From positions 310,001-374,000 of the forward strand of contig NW_026515674.1 of assembly GCF_025526975.1 (NCBI RefSeq): DNA of 64,000 nt. Reading direction: 5' to 3'. The notes below the pieces were generated by a model, which saw only the letters and a list, made by a program, of their open reading frames with translations, did not search any database and was not told the origin of the DNA. A program made the position numbers and the translations under genes. Each line of letters begins with the position of its first letter. Within the stretch, counting starts at the first letter, position 1. This stretch comes from Fimicolochytrium jonesii. Taxonomy: Eukaryota. Below are positions 36,057 to 48,381 of this stretch, piece after piece.

Positions 36057-37112
36057 CCTATGTGAAAGACATCTCAGCACTATACCATATCCCCTCGCGT
36101 TATATTTTTTGGACAACCCTTGCGAAAACAACTCGACAAGTTCCTAACGTATTCTCGATTGGGCTCGAACGCACGCTATGATTGCTACTCGGACCTCATC
36201 AAAACCTAGAACTCATACGAATCGACCGTGCGCAGCTATCCGATATAGACGGTGACACCACGGATCGCAACGGCTTATACATAGACAGACACCTTACCAC
36301 CGGGGGGCTTGCGCGCAAACTTGTCTCGCAACACCCCATCGCATATAACTTATTGGGCGCGGGAGAAGGATTCATGGCAGAGAAACTCGACGCTAGGCAT
36401 GCGAGTTGTTTTTGGAGACGGATGTACATCGTCGTTTTTGCGAGCGAACGAGTTTTTGGCCTTCCCGATGTATAGACAGGGGAGTTGTGGTGAACCCATG
36501 GAGAAGTTGTCGTGATGTACTGTACATTGTACGTGGTCATATTATAAAAAAACTTGATGCGCCATTTGAGCTACCTATTGGACATGTACTGTGGACACTG
36601 TGTGCTCTTGGGGTATGCCTGAAGGAGCCCGGTCTTCTCCAGGGTCTTCTCGGCCTTCCGGCGACGCGTTGACGCACCGAGCTGAGCTGTCCGACAACGC
36701 AAAAATGGTCTTCCGCAAGACTGTCCTCCACTCGAGATCAACGCACATGACGTTTGTTTTCATCCCGGCATTCGAATATCCCTGCACATACAATACATAT
36801 ACATAGTACATACATACATACTCTCAGACGGCGCTACTGGTGCCGGGCGAAAAGTCTCCACTCAGTCACATCTGCGAAAGCTGCCCGGAGTACCCTTTTG
36901 GTCCCCCTTGACTGACCTTACTCATTCGACAGCTTCCGACTCGCCGAGCCTGTAGTCATTACACACCCGCCGACGCTGAGCCCGGCGGCGTTGATAGACA
37001 AACCACCATTGAGAGAGAGACCGGAACGGAAGCTTTCGCAAAGGTCTTTGGGCGGCCGCAAACATCGTTTTTGTGAGAAGCGACCTTTTCCCACGGAAGA
37101 GACGAAATCGAA

Positions 37113-40100
37113 ATGGCACACTTCGGAGACGGCGAGCCATATTTCGGCGGTGGTATTGGTGCTGCCGGCACCAGCTCTTTGACGGACCTCATCTCGTCAC
37201 TGTGGGGAAGCAGCGAACCCGACCCCACGACGACGCAGTTGCCTTATCAGGCCCCTGCCGGTCTGTTATCCATCCTGCAGAATTTCAAACAACCAATCGC
37301 GCCGCCAGTTACCATCGATACCAAGAGGCCTGACCCTGCGGCCAACGTCGATCGGATCGAGTATTACACGCCCGCAACTCCCGTACGTACCATACGTACC
37401 AATATACCAGACCCCGTGAAACAAACCGATGGGGTACGGCATGAAACGGAGCACAATATCCCGGCCACGCTGCCACGTAAGAATGTACGGCCGGCCACTG
37501 GTGGATCAACAGCAAACAGTGGCCAACGCGAACCTCCTCCGCCGTCCTTCAAGGAAGTCACAACCGGGATGAGGTTCAGAAAGCTGAAGCCGTCAGAAGA
37601 ATCGAATCAAAGGGAATTCGACATATCAAAAATGAAGGCCGATCCACCGACGACGGATTTGGAGAGATCGAACATTAACGGCGATGTAGCAAGAGAGGAT
37701 TTGGGCAGATCTAGCAGTAATGGCGATTCAACAAAATTAAACCGCCGTTCCTTTCCACCGTCGAAAGATCGTAGTGCACCGCCATACCATTCCAGCGCAA
37801 CGGCTGGGAAAAGGAGGTCGTTTGAGACAGATCGCGGAATGAGGCCGCGGTCCCAACGGGCGCGCCATCATAGCGATGCAGAGCGCGGAAAGAGTACAAA
37901 TGCGGGCCGCGGAAGAAGTCCGCCTGATTCATATCGTCAGGATCGCCGCTCACCTCCTGCACGCGCAAATCATACCCATGCGGCGGCCGGACAGAGTTCA
38001 TCTGGGCATCGTCGCGATTCGGCTGAACGGTCCGAAACTGTACCATCCAATCACACGAACTCGGAGAGCAGAAGGAATCCTAGGGGTGCGCATCCCGAAC
38101 GGCAACACCTCATTCCGTCTAGTCCGCCGCTTCGACCCGGCAAGCGAGAATATCGCAACAAATCGTCCGACGCGCTTGCCGAAATGTCTTCAGCTAGTGG
38201 AATTGGTCTACGCAAAGATGTTCGAAGAGGATTGGATGCGCGAGACGCAGCGCCGCGTGGAAGCGATCGAAGCGTCCTCCCACCTCCGCGCCGTCGTCAA
38301 AGCCGGAGCCCAGACCGTCGCCCGTCTTCCGGTCAGACGACGGGTATATTCGTCGTTGAGCGCGGCGGACGGGTTGTAAGACCCCGGCCATATCAACAAC
38401 GGCCGCACCGATATGATGGACGGTTGAAGAATCGAGGACGGGATGCTTCGGGTGGTTCTGTTGCAGCCAGTACAAAGGATGCGCCACCTCAGGAGATTAC
38501 TTGGCGCTTTTTGAATGACGAATCACCTACTGCTGGGCGTTCGGTCACATCAAGCACACAGGATCAGTCGCATCAAGATAGCTCTCACCGGCCCATGAAC
38601 AACAAATCATATCCCCCGGGCCACTCCGCCACCGCTAGCTCAGACGATGTTTCACCTCTAGATACCCCTGACCGCTCCGGGAACAGTGAACAGCGGACTT
38701 CTGGTCATTCAGTGGCCTCCAGTGCAAAGGATCGGGCACTGCAGGAGGCCTCCCGATGCATCGCCAACAATGCATCGCATAACTGTGGCCATTCCACTGA
38801 ACCTATGGAAGAGGTCAATTCACATCATCAAGATATGCATAGTCAGCTCTGGAAGAATGAACACCATGCTTCTGGTCATTTTGTCACCGCCAAGACAAAA
38901 GATCCCCCATCTCAGGAATTTCCCAGGCGCTCTGTGAATGATGAATCACATGCCTCTGGTCGCTCAGCTGCAACAAGCACGCCAAATCAGTCACGTCAAG
39001 ATAGCTCTGACCTGATCGTCAACAATGATCCCTGTGCTTTGGGAAGTTTGGGTCATTCTGCGATAGCTAGCACTGCAAAGGATCATTCAGATCAAGATAC
39101 CCCTGACCGCTCCGGGAACAGTGAACAGCGGACTTCTGGTCATTCAGTGGCCTCCAGTGCAAAAGATCGGGCACCGCAGGAGGCCTCTCGTCGCATCGCC
39201 AACAATTCATCGTGTACCTCTAGACATCTGGTCACACCTAGCGGGGAGGCTCCCTCGCCTCCGGCATCTGACCCTATTGTGAAGATTGAACCGCGGCGTA
39301 CTCCCCTGCCCGCGCTCACAATAAGCGCGGAAAACTGCTCAGGTCAGGCCGACTCATTCCCCGCAGTCAAACTCGAACCGCTTACTCCTCATGATGAAGC
39401 CGCCATGGACATCCCACAAGTCGCGCCTCAATCTGTCTCCGAACTCCCTTCTCAACCTGTTTTCAACGGTACCGTCAAGGACGAGCCGCAGACTTCTGTC
39501 CATGCACAGCCCGCCGAGAATGGGCAAGATGAATCGGATGATGCCTTATACAGCATGAGTATGCATGAACGACTCAAAGTAAGGAGATCAAAGATTCATC
39601 TTACTCCATCATATCCGCTGTTCCTGACTTCCTCTTCGTCAGCTTGAAAAACGACGCGCAGCCCAAAATGCCGAAAAGTCATTCAGCCTCACAGCATCCG
39701 CTACCGTCACGAAGGAAGAGTTCCCAGCTCCCAACACTCGCAAACGCAAGAAAGCTCCCGCCGGCAAAGCCGTCAAAAAGCGCAAAGTCGAGAAACCCGC
39801 GGAGGACAACGACATCTACATCGTCGAGAGCATCATCAGCGTCCGCAGCGAAGGCGACCCCATTGTCACGGGGCAACCGTTATTGGGGAAGTCGGCGTTG
39901 CTGATGGTTCACCCGGGTGACCTCCAGAGTGATAACATCAAGAAACGATACCTCGTCCATTGGGAGGGCTACGGCGACGCCGGCCGCACATGGGAACCTG
40001 AGGAGCATCTGTCGTCGGCAAAGTTGATGCTGAAGGAGTTTTGGAAACGGCGTGTTGCGGCTAGGAAAAAGGTTGGGGCTGCGATGAGGCTTGTGTGTGC

Positions 40101-40137
40101 GCTTGCGAGATGGCGGGTGCGTGTACGGAAGAAGTGA
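37113..40137 (+). CDS. Large disordered protein with C-terminal chromodomain
   Basis: Exon 37113-39578, intron to 39642, exon 39643-40137 (possible extra in-frame intron 39841-39927). NLS-like RKRKK/KKRK; chromodomain DIYIVESII...RYLVHWEGYGDAGRTWEPEEHL. Confidence 0.85.
38445..39240 (+). repeat. Coding tandem array of ~84-bp (28-aa) units with 435-bp higher-order duplication
   Basis: About nine units of consensus xSGHSVxxSxKDxxxQ[ED]xxxRxxNNExx; 38661-38770 recurs near-identically at 39096-39205. Confidence 0.85.
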
Positions 40138-40672
40138 GGAGACTATTCGCTGTTGGAAACACTGTCCGTGCATCGCCGCCGAAGTGCCTGGAAATAGCTT
40201 TTGAACGTCAATGGGGTCTGGGAGTTCATGGCTTTGCGGTAGTCCATAGTTGACTGCCGATAGACTAAACCGGCATTGATCAAACTTTTTGGATGTAGTC
40301 ATGTTGGTGGTACATGTGAATTTGAAAACGATACATAGCAAGCAGTCATCGCTACACCAAGGCGGTAACATGCTCCTCAAAGGGACATGCATTGGGGCTT
40401 CGGGATAAAAACCCGACGAGTTCAGAAAAGGTCAAAGCGGTCGCCAATTACACGTACATGCGTCAAGATATAGATCTTGGACTTTAATCTGAACTTCCCG
40501 CATCGGTCTCGTCAGTCCACAATACCCCAAGATTCATCGGGGGAATCTCAAAGAACAAGCACATGTTGGACGATGAGTAAATATGCACATTATATACGAT
40601 GTGAGGCAAATGTCTATGACATGTACGCCGTGAAGTCTATGCCGCATGGTTCTACATCTACATGGGAACATT

Positions 40673-42101
40673 CTAGCTGCCATGGTGTCCGCCGCCATCA
40701 TCACCCCTAGCCAGACCATCGAAGTAGTCCTTCTCATACATTGGGGTTGGAGAGTCGGATACCACATTGTGGATGTCCGTCATTGTCGTCTCGTCTCTCA
40801 GCGGTCGAGCAGCCGAGATGGGCAGATTGCGCAATGGCTCGCGACCGGCCCTACAGACGTCGTCCAGGCCGCTATCTTGCCTCTTAAGCTTCTCCAACGC
40901 CGCGAAGGGGTCGTTTACGACTTCGACGCGCCGCCGAACGAGCGCCCATGGGTATCGCCTCCCGACCTCCTCGATGATCTTTTCGCGAATGTGGCATCGC
41001 AGATCAAACGCCTTGCTGGGATCGCGTGCCGATGCTAAGAAACGGATTTGAAGCCACCCATCGGTGGTAACATCCGTCACTGCACAGTTGGCGACTTTGC
41101 CGTCCCAGAGTCCACCGGAGGTGGGGAGGACGTGCTGGGTGAAGATTGTCCGGATGTCGGCCATTGGGACACTCGGGTCAAAGTACACGTACGCCGTTCC
41201 GATCTTCCATGGAGAGCGGCGCGACCAGTTCTCGAACGAAGATTGGAATACGCGCGCTAGTGGGATGATCAGTCGTCGGGCATCCCATGTGCGAACAACG
41301 ATGTACATTGAGTGCACGCCCTCTGGAAAGAGGAGAGAGGAAGATGTTAGAATCGGGAAGTTACATCACCTCCTTGACGGTTTTGCTCTCTGCCTTACCG
41401 ATTCGTCCATACTCTCCGTCAATAACCACCTCGTCGTCCAACAAGATGGGCTGAGTGATGGCGATAATAAAGGATGCGAGGGTGTTTTCGAGAATAGGCT
41501 TCGCCGCGATACCGAGGACAATACCCATCACACCTGCGCTTGCAAGAAGCGAGGCTCCAATTTGCCATGCGGTGGGAAAAGTGAAGACGCTGTGGACGAC
41601 AAGGGAATTCGTGAGCAGGACGATTCCGAGGAAACGAACGTCACGACCAGATGCTTACCAGCAAGCCAATGCGATGATGAGGATGAATCCATAGCACAAT
41701 CGCTTGAAAACCTGTATCTGAGTGTGCACCACTCGAGCGTGAAGGTTGTTTTCCGCTTCCACGTTCTGTGCTCGTTGCAGTGTCGTGGCGGCTAACCTGA
41801 CCATGTTGCAGGCATAAAATGCCAGCGAAAGAATCAACATGACCATGAACGCTCTGTGCAGGTCGACATATGTGTCTGGCGAGATATTGATTCTTGATAT
41901 CGTTATCAGGATCGCAATGACTGGGAATAGCGTAAACAACGGCCATTTGCTGTAGTTGACCAAATCATCATCGAATGGCCACGGCGTTTGGCGGGCTACC
42001 CATTTCCCAGTGAGGAACACAATGATGTGTACAATCCACGCGATCAGGACTGCCCCTATTGGGATCAACACTTGTTGCCAGTTCGGAGTTATCTCAACCA
42101 T
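40673..42101 (-). CDS. MscS-family mechanosensitive channel, bacterial-type sequence
   Basis: Exons 42101-41659, 41589-41399, 41322-40673. Motifs NNLHARVVHTQ, GASLLASAGVMGIVLGIAAKPILEN, TQPILLDDEVVIDGEYGRIE, YIVVRTWDARRLIIP, FENWSR, FDLRCHIREK. Confidence 0.92.
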
Positions 42102-43314
42102 TTTGTAGGCCGGAGGAAGAAAAGCCTGGCAGACGACGGACCAGGAAAAGAGTGAATTCCCAACACTAGCGCCATGGACGTTCCCAACAGAAACATAGAG
42201 CGAGCCTTCTCTCAGTGGGCCTTCGTCCCCTGTAACCTCCCTCTGAGCTGTTAATACATACCTTATTTGAAGAAAGTCACAGTTGCAATTGTTGGTCGTC
42301 GGGCGGAGTTGTGGGAATGTCGGGCGGAGTTTGAAAACAGAGTCTTTATAGAGACAACTTCGACGAGCCTTGGGAACACAGAGACGACAGAGGCTTTCAG
42401 GGCGGCGGCGAAGACCAGCCGGCATATATGTATGGCGGGTGGTGCGTACAGTACAGTATAGATGTCCATATAGTCCCGTACGTAGACGATACTACATTTA
42501 GGCTTTTTTGCGTTTTTTGATATCGATGAGAGAAGGGGCTGTGAGCGTGCCGTTATATGCTTGCTGTTGGATGATGTGTTGCCTGTCAATTTTCCCACAT
42601 GAAAAGCGCGTTCCATCCCATCGCGAGCACGCTTGTGGATGTGGGCGCCAATGCGGAACGAGTCCAAGAGCCTATCCAAGTCCACTCGGGCCCCCAACTT
42701 GGATTAGGTGAGAATTCAGTCACCGAAGCCTTCAAACCTTGATCAAAAAATAACCTGGTCTGCCCACTGCGCAATGCGAAGGTTCCCGAATCATGTGAAA
42801 GCGGCATAGGCAGAGCCATATATGTATACCATGGACATGGATCCCTCTATGTATCAATCTGTTATATGCAGTACTGTACTCCGTAGACATCCCGGCTCTA
42901 TCTTCATGTGCCTAGCCCGAGTCCGAGTCCGGAGGACCTCCGAGGAACAACACGCATCGCAGAGTTCTCAGATGAGGTGCTTGATATGAGAAGCGGAATT
43001 TCATTGAACATGACAATGATACATACTGAATGGTCAGGCTACCGCCTACGTATCAAACAGGGTATATTCCAAAATCTTCAATGATTTACGACGCTATTTA
43101 CAAACCATCTCGAAAGGCCTAACGAACACGCTTTTCTGATGCCTGATACGCCCAAATCGAAGATGAAAAACAAGCGCTCGCTGCCCGTGCATCAAGGATT
43201 TCTCAAGGGCGGTGGAGACATTGCTTGCGGGAGTGGGCGGATGGCAACATGTGCTCGAAAGTCAAGCTGCTCCTCTGACCACATCATTATATCGAGCCAA
43301 GACCATATGATCGC

Positions 43315-43920
43315 TCATTTGAGCCTCTTTACGTCGGTTCCTGGAGATCGTGCCGGAAACTTTGGCGGTAGTTTGTTTTCGTCTTTCTTACACCTCTCCA
43401 AACGATCTCCCTCAATCATCCTCAAGACCTCGTCCTTCCGTCTCCTCTCCTCCTCGAGTTTGCTTTTAACTCCTCGTTCCTGCTTTTCGGCTTTCTCGTT
43501 GATCGTCTTCATGTAGCCTTCGCATATATCCCTCGCCGTCGTCAACCTTTCGGTATTCTCGACCAAGCCTTCGGGAAAATACCAAGTCTCCTGAAACTCG
43601 CGGACACGTGTTTGCAACCCGATAAACAACAGGAGCGTCGAGGCGTGCGGATTGGACATCAAGGCCGAGATGCGCTTGTTTTGGAGGCGAAATGAATGGA
43701 ACTTTGGTTCGGTCGAGTGACTGAGTACATTGGAGAGTAGGGTTGTGAGCGTCTGTAGGAAACTTAGAGGGTCAACTCATTCCGCAAAAGCTGGGACACG
43801 ATAAATGGCGGAACGAACGTCTAAGGCAGTAAGCGCGGCAGCGTGATTCCGGTCCTGGACCAGAGTTGCTTCCACCATGCGCTGGAACTTGACGTCGAAC
43901 GGTAGCTCTGGAGGTGCCAT
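43315..43920 (-). CDS. Hypothetical protein with charged coiled-coil
   Basis: ATG 43920 (MAPPELPFDVKF...) then a GTGAG-like break near 43775 and ORF 43315-43662 with a Glu/Lys/Arg-rich helix; divergent from RPL25. Splice junctions and 3' end uncertain. Confidence 0.45.
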
Positions 43921-44161
43921 TGTTTGCTGCTCTTCCTCCTGTTTCTCTGAGGTAGTAATGAGGTCTCGGACTCGGACGATTGTTTGGATGCAGGTTTGGA
44001 GAGGTTTGGATGTCGACACGCATATCACGTGACTTCTCCTTGTGCGACCACCGTCGAACAGCAACAAAGAGGAGGAAAGCGAGAGAGAGCGAAACTTTGG
44101 CAACAGCAAACCTCACATCTCTACACTTCTGCGGAGGAGGACACTCAGTCACACAGCAACA

Positions 44162-45150
44162 ATGGCACCCAAGGCTAAGAGTGAGTATCGTCAGCGACGG
44201 GACGCAAGAACGAGGGGTGAATTGGGGAATCATGTTGTCGGTGGACCTTGAGCAGGTGGTTTTCGTCTTGAGACGGAACGTCGACAGAAAAGCGGCAAGG
44301 ACACCATGGCCACAATTTCGAGTCTACTACGGTAGCCGAAACTACTCTCTAGCGACGAAAAAGCTGGAGGGGACGAGAGGGAATACCTACCGACTTTCTG
44401 ACTATCGGATCTCTCGATTATTGTGGGAAGGTCTGGGCTTGGAGCTTTATGTCGGTCAACGGACTTCAGGCGGAAGTGGGGAACGTGGCGGGTGGGAGGG
44501 ACGGTCGGAAGGACACTCGGCAGTTGGGAACGGGCGAAGGATCAGACAAGAATGGGAGTTTCTTGCAAATTTTCTGCTGACCATTCAATTTCGCATTTCT
44601 ATTGACGATTTGCAGCCACTACCACCACTGCTGCTGCCAAGGCGCAGACGGCCAAGAAGGCTGCCCTTAAGGGAACCGGCGGCAAGAGGGTGCACAAGAT
44701 CCGCACCAAGACCCACTTCTACCGCCCCAAGACCCTCAAGCTTGCGCGTACCCCCAAGTACCCACGCCGGTCTGTCCCCCGCACCCCCGAGCTCGATGCG
44801 TACAAGGTCGTTCAGTTCCCCTTGAACACCGAGTCCGCCATGAAGAAGATTGAGGACAACAACACCCTCGTTTTCATCTGCGACGTGCGCGCCAACAAGA
44901 GGCAAATCAAGGACGCCGTCAAGAGGCTGTACGATGTTGACGCTGCCAGCATCAACACTCTGATCCGCCCCGATGGCAAGAAGAAGGCGTACGTGCGTCT
45001 CTCCGCCGATGTTGATGCTTTGGACGTTGCCAACAAGGTATGTTGCATAGTCTGAATCAGTTTGTAAATTCTCTCAACTTATTCTGGATTGTTCGTTGCT
45101 AACTCGATGGCAATTTCTGCCCTACCTCTTTGCAGATCGGTTTCATCTAG
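44162..45150 (+). CDS. RPL25: 60S ribosomal protein L25/L23a (uL23)
   Basis: Exons 44162-44180, 44616-45037, 45136-45150. Motifs [63 protein letters not shown]. Confidence 0.98.
44310..44426 (+). promoter_or_regulatory. Putative structured RNA element in RPL25 intron 1
   Basis: Outer stem CCACAATTTCGAG (44310-22) / CTCGATTATTGTGG (44413-26) encloses hairpins GTAG/CTAC, CTCTCTAGC/GCTGGAGGG and CCGA/TCGG. Confidence 0.5.
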
Positions 45151-46151
45151 ATCCTGAAAATGTATCTTGTGTACCTTGCTTGATGTCAAATACAAAACTC
45201 TTTGCTCGTCCAAACCGCTGCATGAAAATGTTGAGGCCCATTTCGGGGTATCACCATTTGTTGCGCCAGAGCATGTTGATGGCAGTGAATCCGGGCCATA
45301 CACCCGGGGTTCCTCTAATGACTGGCTGGGGGAGCGACGGCGTTGCATGCATCACATCAACAATCCATATCTCAGAATGCACATACCACATCGTGAGAAT
45401 TTGCCATACGGCCGTTGCTGGGATCGTCGTTAGTTGGAGGTCGTGTGAGAAGTGGATCGCGCCTTGCCATTACTCTCATTGAGACAAACCATGACCACAC
45501 ATTTTAAGCAACACACTCGAGAAATTTCTGATATCCATTATGCATCAACTCGCCATTATTTTGATCGTCTTAAGACCCCATGAAGTGATGCGAGAAATTC
45601 TAAAGCTTGTCGCAGAGCAACCCGCTGGTTTCTCATATGCCCGTCGTTCAGGTCCGGGTAGTCGGTCTTTGGCGTTGGCCGAACGATGGCTTACCAACGT
45701 CTTCTTCTCGTAGCTTTGACATCAAGGAGACACTGCCAGATTCCTTTGCTTATGTAGACCGCCGATTGTATATCGGCGGCTGAGGAAATCGCCGCTCCTC
45801 GTCTGAATCGTCTCCTTGGCCCTTGTTGTAATGTGAAGTACTGTACGCGTCTGCGCACGAAACCAACGCGCTGTCACCAAACAACCTCACTTTCTCACCC
45901 CACGCGTCAGTACTCCTGGGCATGTCGTTTGTGAGAGCACCTGAGAGCAGCAGGGAAGTCCTTGAAAAAAGGCGCATTGCAAAACGCTGGTTGTTTGTTA
46001 CGGAAAAAGGGCTCTGGGTCGATTGGCATTCCCACGTAGGTCATCTTGCAGGCTACGCGCAAACAGATACCGCATCAAAAAAAACGCCGAGTCCAACCAG
46101 CCCGAACAGCGTTGCGCGCGAGTATCAGTTCCACTAAGCGAGTGCAGAACG

Positions 46152-48036
46152 ATGAAAAGCAACTCCGCCGTAACATGTCTGCCAGCAAACGTATGGGCAC
46201 TGCTGTTGCTCCTGGTTGTGTTTGTCGACGCAAAGTGTGACTGGGCAAAACGACCTTGCCAGTAAGCAACCCGCCGCGTGGGAAAATGATATCGTATGGG
46301 AATTTTCACTGATACGCAACTTTCACTTTCGGCATTCGCGGGAATAGGGTGGGACTTGTCAACTCAGCATATTCGCGGCATGCCGAGCAAGTGAAGGAAC
46401 ATCTGGCCAAAGCGCCGCGAGGACTCCATCGCAAGAAGCGACAAATCAGCATCAGCAAGCTGAGTGGGACCGGGGATAATGGCGGTACCCTGTTTGCTGT
46501 ACGTTTAAGGGCAAATCCCAAGTACCTCCCTTTTCCAATGCATGATCCCGGCTGACGCCTTATACATGTAGTATCATGGAAACATCAACATCGGAACCCC
46601 GGCACAGAGTTTCAACATCCTCTTTGACACGGGCTCTCAGCAGCTGTGGGTTCAGTCCAAAGCCACAGGGAACGGCCTCAACCCCAGCGGAAACTTCTTT
46701 GACGCCTCACAGTCCTCCACTCATGTAACACTCAACAAAGCAGCGGATCCAATACAGTACGTGGACGGGACAACAGTAACAGGAGTGCTAGCCAAAGATG
46801 TGGTGGCAATAAACGACCTGTCGATACCAGACCTGACATTCGAGCTGGCGAATACCGTCACTTCCAAAACTGACACGACGGGCACAACGCTTCCCAGCAA
46901 TGACACGCAGACGGACGGGATCATGGGCCTGTCGTTCCCGTTACCTGGCGACGAAGACGCAGGCCTGTCGTTCTGGGACAGACTTGTGAGCGATAAGAAA
47001 GTGACGTCTCCAGCCTTTGGATACTTCATTGATGACACAAATACGAACGGGGGCTTGACGTTTGGCGGCGTCGATCAGGCGAGGATCAATGGGGAGGTCA
47101 AATATGTGAACCTGACGCCGTCGGGGATCGATCCGAATGGGAAACCGCTGTACTTTTTCTGGCAGTCGGTGCTGACTGCTATCACCGTCGGCGACGCGAC
47201 GGTGGCGCAAACTTCGAAGGCGGCGCAGGTGGAAGTGCCGGACCAGCTGGCTGTCGTCTTTGACACTGGTGAGATATACTTGGGTCGGAGCGCCTTTGAC
47301 AGCGGTCGCTAATACTATCCGAATTTCCGAAAGGCACCTCTCTTGCGGTCATACCGGGACCCGTAGCCGATGCTATCAACACCAGACTGGGTCTTCAAAT
47401 AGCCACGGACGCCGAACGTAAGTCTTCTCGCCTGTATTATGACGTGCCTCTACACACCATATCTCATGCATACGCTTGGTTTGCAGCCTACCTCTACGTA
47501 GCGGACTGTTCGGACGGCAAAATTCCTTCAGGGATGCCCGACGTCACTCTGTCCTTCGGCTCCACAAACATTACAATAACAGCGGAAGAGTATCTCTTCT
47601 TCCAACCGGCGGAACAACCGGGCGTCATTGCGTGCGTGTCGGGGTTCGCGGGGCAGGATATAACCACTGCTTCAGCGTCAGGGTCCGGGAATAGTAAACT
47701 GCTGTTCCCTTCAGGTACGTCCCCGAAGAGAGACCTCATCCAGAGATCCGTGGGCTCATCCTCCTTTGCGCCGGTCCCATAGGCATCCTCGGAAATGTAT
47801 TCCTACGGCGGTTCTACACCGTTTTCAACTCGGGCAGCAAAACGGTCGGTTTTGCCATCGCGAATCGCAACACCGGCATTGGGCCGCGATTGACCTCTTT
47901 GCCGTCTTCGACGCTGCCGCCGCCTGCAGGGACGCATTCTGCCGCCCCGTCATTGCGACGGGCCTCAGGCCGTTGGTTTACGCATCCCACTGTCGTCTGG
48001 GCCCTGGCAGCAGCCGTCTGCCAATTCACATACTAA
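46152..48036 (+). CDS. Secreted pepsin-like (A1) aspartic protease, possibly GPI-anchored
   Basis: Signal peptide; propeptide ending RKKR; YHGNINIGTPAQSFNILFDTGS; DGIMGL; VVFDTG|TSL; ILGNVFLRRFYTVF; Ser/Pro-rich tail and hydrophobic C-terminus. About six exons. Confidence 0.93.
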
Positions 48037-48381
48037 TTGCAGCCTCGCCAATTTTGATACCCAGAACTTTTTGAAAGCTGGCCAGGTTTTTGCAGACACT
48101 TCTCTCTGCGTGTACATACTTTCATTTTTCGCCGGCCACTGCTCCTGGTTGTATATTTTGGACACTTCTCGTCATGCGCACAAGTCGCTGGCTTTCTTCT
48201 TTTCTGAAGACCTTTATTATGTAGAGAAACTAATTTGCGTTCATATATCCGCCATGTGATTGGGAAGTCAAAAGGTCGACGTTGTGTTCGAGTGCTAATA
48301 CCGATGTTATAAGAGTCTTGAATACACCGGGAAGGCAGGTCGAGACCGATGGAATGAAAGGAGACTGGAGGGATTCTATTC

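Noticed and set aside
36350..36500. Minus-strand 'LYIGKAKNSFAR' resembling a GIY-YIG nuclease motif
   Set aside because: Lies in a ~50-codon frame with no upstream GIY motif or other conserved residues; probably chance.
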